A stretch of 64,000 nt of DNA, taken from NCBI GenBank assembly GCA_963778655.1, contig CAVZVA010000003.1, forward strand, positions 672,001 to 736,000, written 5' to 3'. Below are positions 59,210-64,000 of the stretch, piece by piece. The position numbers and the translations under genes are program-made. Source of the stretch: an uncultured delta proteobacterium (lineage in GTDB: Bacteria; Myxococcota_A; Polyangia; Polyangiales; JAFGIB01). The first letter of the stretch is position 1, and every line of letters starts with the position of its first letter. The notes under the pieces were generated by a model, which saw only the letters and a program-made list of their open reading frames with translations, did no database searches and was not told the origin of the DNA.

Positions 59210-60205
59210 ATGGGATCTACGTTCTTGATCGATGCGATAGTGCGCCAGACGACGGTGCTGATCGCAGCGCTTGCAACGGCGGCCGGTCACCGCGCGCCGC
59301 TCGCGGGCGTGGCCAACCAGGTGTTCGCCGACCTGGTCAAGGAGCTCAAGCAGCAGGGTCTCGGCAACAAGGTGATCGCAGACATGTTTGGGCTCGCGCT
59401 GCGCACCTATCACAACAAGGTCGCGCGCACTTCGGAGAGCCGCTCGGAGCGCGGGCGCTCGCTGTGGGAGGCGGTGCTCGGCTATGTCCAGGAGCACGGC
59501 ACCCTGTCGCGCACGCAGGTGCTCGAGCGCTTCGCGCGCGACGACGAGGCCGTGGTCCGCGGCGTGCTCAAGGATCTGGTACGCAGCGGCTTGTTGTTTC
59601 AGAGCGGCGCCAGCGATCACATGGGCTACCGCGCTGCCGGTGCGAGCGAGATCGTCAGCGCGCCCGACCAGGACACCGCGCTCGCCAACTTGTTGCTGGT
59701 CGCGATCCATCGCCACGGCCCGGTCGATCGCGACGGGCTGCTCGAGCTCGTGCCCATGGACGAGCCGACCCTCGCGCGTGCGCTTGCCCCGCTGGTGCAG
59801 AGCGGCCGGATCGAGCTCAGCGGCAGCGGTGCGCAGGCGCACTACACCTGCGAGGGCTACGTGATCGCGTTCCACGATCCGGCCGGGTGGGAAGCCGCGG
59901 TCTACGACCACTACCAGGCGATGGTGACTGCGCTCTGCGCCAAGCTCGAGCGCGGGCTCTCGCACGCCGAGCCCGACGAGGCGATCGGCGGCAGCACGTA
60001 TTCATTCGACTTGTGGGAGGGCCACCCGCTCGCACGCGAGGCGCGCGGGCTGCTGCCCGCGCTACGCAGGCAGGCGCAGAGCTTGCGCGCGCGCGTCGAG
60101 GCTTACAACGCGCGCCACCCCGCACCCGCGGACGCGGCGACGCTGCGCGTGGTGGCCTACGTGGGACAGACCGTGATCGGCGAGGAAAGCAACGAACATG
60201 CATGA
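59210..60205 (+). CDS. Uncharacterised multi-HTH protein, paralog 2
   Basis: Collinear homology to 53365-54354 (LIDAIV.QTT, ADMFGLA.RTY, GWEAAV.DH, GG.T.SFD). Confidence 0.8.
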   Translation: MGSTFLIDAIVRQTTVLIAALATAAGHRAPLAGVANQVFADLVKELKQQGLGNKVIADMFGLALRTYHNKVARTSESRSERGRSLWEAVLGYVQEHGTLSRTQVLERFARDDEAVVRGVLKDLVRSGLLFQSGASDHMGYRAAGASEIVSAPDQDTALANLLLVAIHRHGPVDRDGLLELVPMDEPTLARALAPLVQSGRIELSGSGAQAHYTCEGYVIAFHDPAGWEAAVYDHYQAMVTALCAKLERGLSHAEPDEAIGGSTYSFDLWEGHPLAREARGLLPALRRQAQSLRARVEAYNARHPAPADAATLRVVAYVGQTVIGEESNEHA

Positions 60206-61247
60206 CCGAAAAGTGTGGTGGCTTGCCTGGCTCCTACCCTGCGTGTGGCTCACGTGCGCGGCGTGCAGCGACAGCCATGGCTCGAGCTTCGGCAGCGAGT
60301 CCAACTGGTTACGCGCGTGTCACGAAGATTCCGATTGCAACGCCGGCGGCTGCGTGTGTGGTGTGTGCAGCGCGGATTGCAACGTGGATGGCGACTGCCC
60401 GAGCGGATCGCGCTGCAAATTCCAGGCCTCTGCGCTCTACGCGCAGACTTGCGGCGTGGACCTGAACGTGCACGGCCTGTGCGCGCCCGAGTGCAAGCGC
60501 GACCCGGACTGCGGCGCGGAGCAGGCGTGCATCGAGGGTGCCTGCGCGCCGGCAACGGCTGGTGGTGGCGACGCCGGCGCCGGTGCGACCGCATTGACCA
60601 CGGCGAATCCGGACGGCGGCGCGCAGGTCGCAGGTGCGCGGCAGCTTCTGGTCGATGCGCACCTCGACTTGACGCCTGCCTGCGCGCCCGACCTCGAGCA
60701 CCCGATCGGCAGCGGCGCGGGCGTGTTCGACATCGGCGGGATCACGGACAACAGCAACGACTGCAACAAGCCCTACATGCTGGCGCTGCGCGTGCGAAAC
60801 CTGACCTCCGAGCTCGTGCTCGCGACCAAGGTCCAGGTCCTGCTGTTCACGCTTGCCGGCCAGATCCTCGTCTTCAAACCTATCGCTCCCCCGCTGCCCA
60901 ATCCGTTCGAGCTGTCGATCACCGGCTCGGTTCCGGCCGCCACCGCTGGCGAGCCCGGCGTCGGCGGCATCCTGGCAGAGGCCATACCCACGGACTACGC
61001 CGGGCAGCTCGGCGCTTTTGCGGGGAGCGAGGTCGCGATTCGCGCACAGGTGGAGGGCGAAACGCTGAGCGGCACCGAGGTTCGCAGCAACGCCTTCGAG
61101 TACCGCGTGACCATTTGCGATCACTGTCTCATCCAGTGTCTCAGCGAAGTGAGCGGCTCGGGTCAGACGATCGATGCGGTCGTCGGTGGCAAATGCGATG
61201 ACCGCGCGGCCGCAGACGGCCGCTACTGCTTCGACTCGGGGTGTTGA
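60198..61247 (+). CDS. Cys-rich lipoprotein with uncharacterised C-terminal domain
   Basis: Lipobox-like CAAC, GSESNWLRAC Cys-rich block, 8-bp overlap with the upstream gene. Confidence 0.78.
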   Translation: MHDRKVWWLAWLLPCVWLTCAACSDSHGSSFGSESNWLRACHEDSDCNAGGCVCGVCSADCNVDGDCPSGSRCKFQASALYAQTCGVDLNVHGLCAPECKRDPDCGAEQACIEGACAPATAGGGDAGAGATALTTANPDGGAQVAGARQLLVDAHLDLTPACAPDLEHPIGSGAGVFDIGGITDNSNDCNKPYMLALRVRNLTSELVLATKVQVLLFTLAGQILVFKPIAPPLPNPFELSITGSVPAATAGEPGVGGILAEAIPTDYAGQLGAFAGSEVAIRAQVEGETLSGTEVRSNAFEYRVTICDHCLIQCLSEVSGSGQTIDAVVGGKCDDRAAADGRYCFDSGC

Positions 61248-61360
61248 CGGGCGAGGCCGGCTCGAACGCAGCACGTAGGCCGCGCCCGCGGCGTCCAGAT
61301 CACCGGCGCAGCCCGCAGCGTCTCGCCGTAGAGCTGGTACGTGTTCGACGTGACCGAGCA

Positions 61361-61484
61361 CCGGTCGTATCTCATGACAACTGAGAGGAAGCGCGCAACG
61401 GCGAGGTGGGTTCAGGCGCCTCCGACGTCGTGCTCGCGAGCGGCGCGGAATCGATGAGCAACGCGCCGATCTAGATTCCGTGCA
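61361..61484 (+). pseudogene. Thiolase-like gene remnant (also duplicated at 55412)
   Basis: One frame reads GSGASDVVLASGAESMSNAPI*, resembling the thiolase AGG.ESMS..P motif. Confidence 0.4.
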
Positions 61485-61596
61485 ACGTTTCGAGATGCTC
61501 ACCGGTGGCGAAGTTCTCGATGTCAACGACGGCGCGCGGGGCCGACTTGAAGCGCCGGCTGGGCCCGTGCTTTACTGACAACCTGGTAAGTCATTC

Positions 61597-62481
61597 ATGA
61601 CCCAGCCCTCGATCTTCGCGCCTGGTCTATTTCGCGATCGCGTGGCGATCGTCACCGGAGGTGCAACCGGCATCGGCCTGGCAATCGCCGAAGAGCTGAT
61701 CAAGCTCGGCGCGCGCGTGGTGATCGCGTCACGCAACGGCGCACGCCTGGAGGTCGCCGCACGCGGCTTGTCCGCGCAGTACGACGCCGAGGTGCTGCCG
61801 GTGGTGTGCAACATCCGCGATCGCGCCCAGGTCGAGGCGCTGTTTGACACCACGCTCGCGCGTTTCGGCCGCGTCGACTTCGTGGTGAACAACGGCGGCG
61901 GACAGTTCTTGTCGCCTGCGACCAGCATCACCGAGAAGGGTTGGAACGCCGTCCTCGACACGAACCTGACCGGCAGCTGGAACATGTGTCAGGTCGCGGC
62001 ACAGAAGTGGATGCTCGAACACGGCGGCAAGATCGTCGGCATCGTCGCGAACATGTGGCGAGGTTTCCCTGGCATGGTGCACACGGGCGCAGCGCGTGCC
62101 GGTGTGGTCAACATGGCGCAGACGCTGGCGATCGAGTGGGCTAGCGCGGGCATACGCATCAACTGCGTCGCGCCCGGGGTGATTCTCACCACCGGCATGC
62201 ACAACTATCCGCCGGGCACGATTGAAGCGGCGACGCGCAGCATTCCTCTGCGGCGCCTGGGCAGCGCCGAAGAAGTCGCGGGCGCCGTGCTCTACCTACT
62301 GTCCCCGGCAGGCGACTTCGTGACGGGTGCCACGCTGCGCGTCGATGGCGGCAGCTCGCTGTGGGGCGAGAGCTGGTCGATCCCGGTGCCCGCCCAGCTC
62401 GAACCCGTGCAGATCCCGCCGTGGCCCGAGGAGCGTTGGCCCGAGCATGCGACCGAAGGGGGGACCAAAGACAAAGGTTGA
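61597..62481 (+). CDS. SDR oxidoreductase (trans-2-enoyl-CoA / 2,4-dienoyl-CoA reductase-like)
   Basis: TGGATGIG, NNGGGQF, HTGAARAG (His/Arg instead of YxxxK), INCVAPG and VDGG. Confidence 0.9.
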   Translation: MTQPSIFAPGLFRDRVAIVTGGATGIGLAIAEELIKLGARVVIASRNGARLEVAARGLSAQYDAEVLPVVCNIRDRAQVEALFDTTLARFGRVDFVVNNGGGQFLSPATSITEKGWNAVLDTNLTGSWNMCQVAAQKWMLEHGGKIVGIVANMWRGFPGMVHTGAARAGVVNMAQTLAIEWASAGIRINCVAPGVILTTGMHNYPPGTIEAATRSIPLRRLGSAEEVAGAVLYLLSPAGDFVTGATLRVDGGSSLWGESWSIPVPAQLEPVQIPPWPEERWPEHATEGGTKDKG

Positions 62482-62490
62482 GGGCGCCGT

Positions 62491-63642
62491 ATGGAGCTGA
62501 GCGAAGCACAGAAGTCGATTCGCGATCAGTTTCGTCGCTTCATGGAGCGCGATGTCGAAGCGGCGACGGCCGCCATGGAGTCGGGCGCACAGCTGCCCTA
62601 CCCGCTGATGAAGAAAATGGTCGCCGAGCTGGGCCTGGCGATCGGCGCAGACAGGCTGGAGCGCGGCGAGTTGGCCGCCGAGGACGCAGACGGCGAGCGC
62701 GATCCCGAGCTGGCGGCGCTGATGCGCTTTGCGCAGACGCAGCTGATGGTGGAGATCTGTCGCGTCAACCCCGGCTTTGCGCTGTCGTACTTTGCCAGCG
62801 TGGGCCTGTTCGGCTTGAACGTGCGCAACAAGGGCACGCCAGAACAGGTCGCACGCTACGTGCCGCCGGTGCTCCGTGGCGAGAAGATCGGCTGCTGGGG
62901 GCTGACCGAGCCGGGCGCCGGTTCGAGCGCGCTGGCGTCGATGAGCACCAGCGCACGACTGGACGCTGACCACTACGTGCTGCGCGGCGAAAAGACGTTC
63001 ATCACCAACGCACCGCATGCCGACTTCTTCTTGATCTACGCCAAGAGCGACGAAGGTGAGGCGCAGGCGTTCTTGATCGAGCGTGGCACGCCGGGACTCG
63101 AGACCAGTCAGCCGTTTTCGAAGATGGGCATGCGCAGCTCACCGACCGGCGCCGTGTATCTGAACGACGTACGTGTGCCGCGGGCCAACTTGCTCGGCGC
63201 CGGCATCAAGGATCGCGCGCACATACGCAAGTCGCTCGCCACCGAGCGCATCGGCCTTGCCGCCATGAGCTACGGTATCGCGGAGCGCTGCTTCGAGATC
63301 GCAGTGGACTACGCAAAGTCCCGCGTGCAGGGCGGCCAGGCCATCGCGCAGCACCAATTGATTCAGCAGCGCCTCGCGCGCATGTACGTCGCGCTCAGCA
63401 ACGCGCGGCGCATCGTGTACGACCCCAACGAGATCAGCGTGCTGGATGCCTGCGCGGGCAAGCTCTACGTAGCCGAGGTCGGTACGTTCGTCGCGCTCGA
63501 GGCGATTCACATCTTGGGCGGGAACGGCTACATGGCCGAGTACGCTGTCGAGCGCTTGGCGCGCGATGCCAAGCTGGTGGAAATCGGCGGCGGCACGACC
63601 GAGATTCAGATCCTCACGATTGCGCGCCACCTGCTAGCGTAG
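62491..63642 (+). CDS. Acyl-CoA dehydrogenase
   Basis: GLTEPGAGS, G.KTFITN, KMGMRSSPTG, GGNGY..EY and EIGGGTTEIQ. Confidence 0.92.
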   Translation: MELSEAQKSIRDQFRRFMERDVEAATAAMESGAQLPYPLMKKMVAELGLAIGADRLERGELAAEDADGERDPELAALMRFAQTQLMVEICRVNPGFALSYFASVGLFGLNVRNKGTPEQVARYVPPVLRGEKIGCWGLTEPGAGSSALASMSTSARLDADHYVLRGEKTFITNAPHADFFLIYAKSDEGEAQAFLIERGTPGLETSQPFSKMGMRSSPTGAVYLNDVRVPRANLLGAGIKDRAHIRKSLATERIGLAAMSYGIAERCFEIAVDYAKSRVQGGQAIAQHQLIQQRLARMYVALSNARRIVYDPNEISVLDACAGKLYVAEVGTFVALEAIHILGGNGYMAEYAVERLARDAKLVEIGGGTTEIQILTIARHLLA

Positions 63643-63869
63643 ATCGTTTGCACACGACGCTCGAACGCGAGCAGGCAAAGCAGCGCGACGCTGATGGTGC
63701 AAGGTGACGACCACAAGCCTCTACGCCAAGCCGCGCCAGCAGGCGGCCCGCGCAGTGCTGGACGCCGTAGGCGAAGCGACCCGCAGCGCGCGCGGGGAGC
63801 AGAACGGCGGCGCCGCCTCGGCGCCTCACGTGAGCGCGCCAAATGCCTCCAAGCGCGCGCGGACGGCGA

Positions 63870-63893
63870 CGGATTCTGGGGCGGATTCTGGGG
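63870..63893. repeat. Tandem 12-bp direct repeat CGGATTCTGGGG x2 near the tRNA 3' end
   Basis: Seen directly in the sequence. Confidence 0.8.
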
Positions 63894-63973
63894 CGCGAGC
63901 TGTTTTTTTGGCGAAACAGGGGTCGCAAAGCCGCACCCCCGAGGACCCGAAAACCCAAACAATCTCAACTTCG

Positions 63974-64000
63974 TGCGAAAGAGAGGACTCGAACCTCCAC
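63974..64000 (-). tRNA. 3' part of a tRNA, probably tRNA-Leu (truncated by window edge, or an att-site copy)
   Basis: Reverse complement GTGGAGGTTCGAGTCCTCTCTTTCGCA gives a T-arm (GGAGG-TTCGAGT-CCTCT), acceptor strand CTTTCGC and discriminator A. The anticodon is not in the window. Confidence 0.75.

Overview
Very GC-rich bacterial DNA. The gene content points to Myxococcota (Polyangiales-like): MYXO-CTERM-like tails, Gly-rich-tethered lipoproteins, DUF2330 and a Ser/Thr kinase-ATPase. Layout: (1) 1-16.7 kb, a divergent cluster with an ArsA/Get3-like ATPase pair, cytochrome c, metallophosphoesterase, LolA-like protein, outer-membrane barrel, OleA-like KAS III, arylsulfate sulfotransferase lipoprotein, FadL-like barrel, PAPS-dependent sulfotransferase and MMPL transporter. 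It reads as a sulfated-lipid synthesis/export or trans-envelope sulfate-relay system. (2) 16.7-21.5 kb, an operon with a 27-heme lipoprotein cytochrome, a tetraheme cytochrome, a 4Fe-4S protein and an NrfD-family anchor, with no catalytic subunit. (3) 22-41 kb, mixed genes: FAD oxidoreductase, hydrolase, transglutaminase+Anbu, large kinase, DUF2330+pentaheme cytochrome, CzcCBA-type efflux. (4) 41-64 kb, an accessory zone ending at the 3' end of a minus-strand tRNA (probably Leu). It holds surface lipoprotein hydrolases (one PETase/cutinase-like), two paralogous HTH-protein + 'SNWL-Cys-rich' lipoprotein modules, decayed toxin-antitoxin genes, short duplicated gene fragments and an SDR/acyl-CoA dehydrogenase pair. 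No CRISPR, rRNA or intact integrase/transposase was seen. All calls come from motif reading by eye; no database searches were run.
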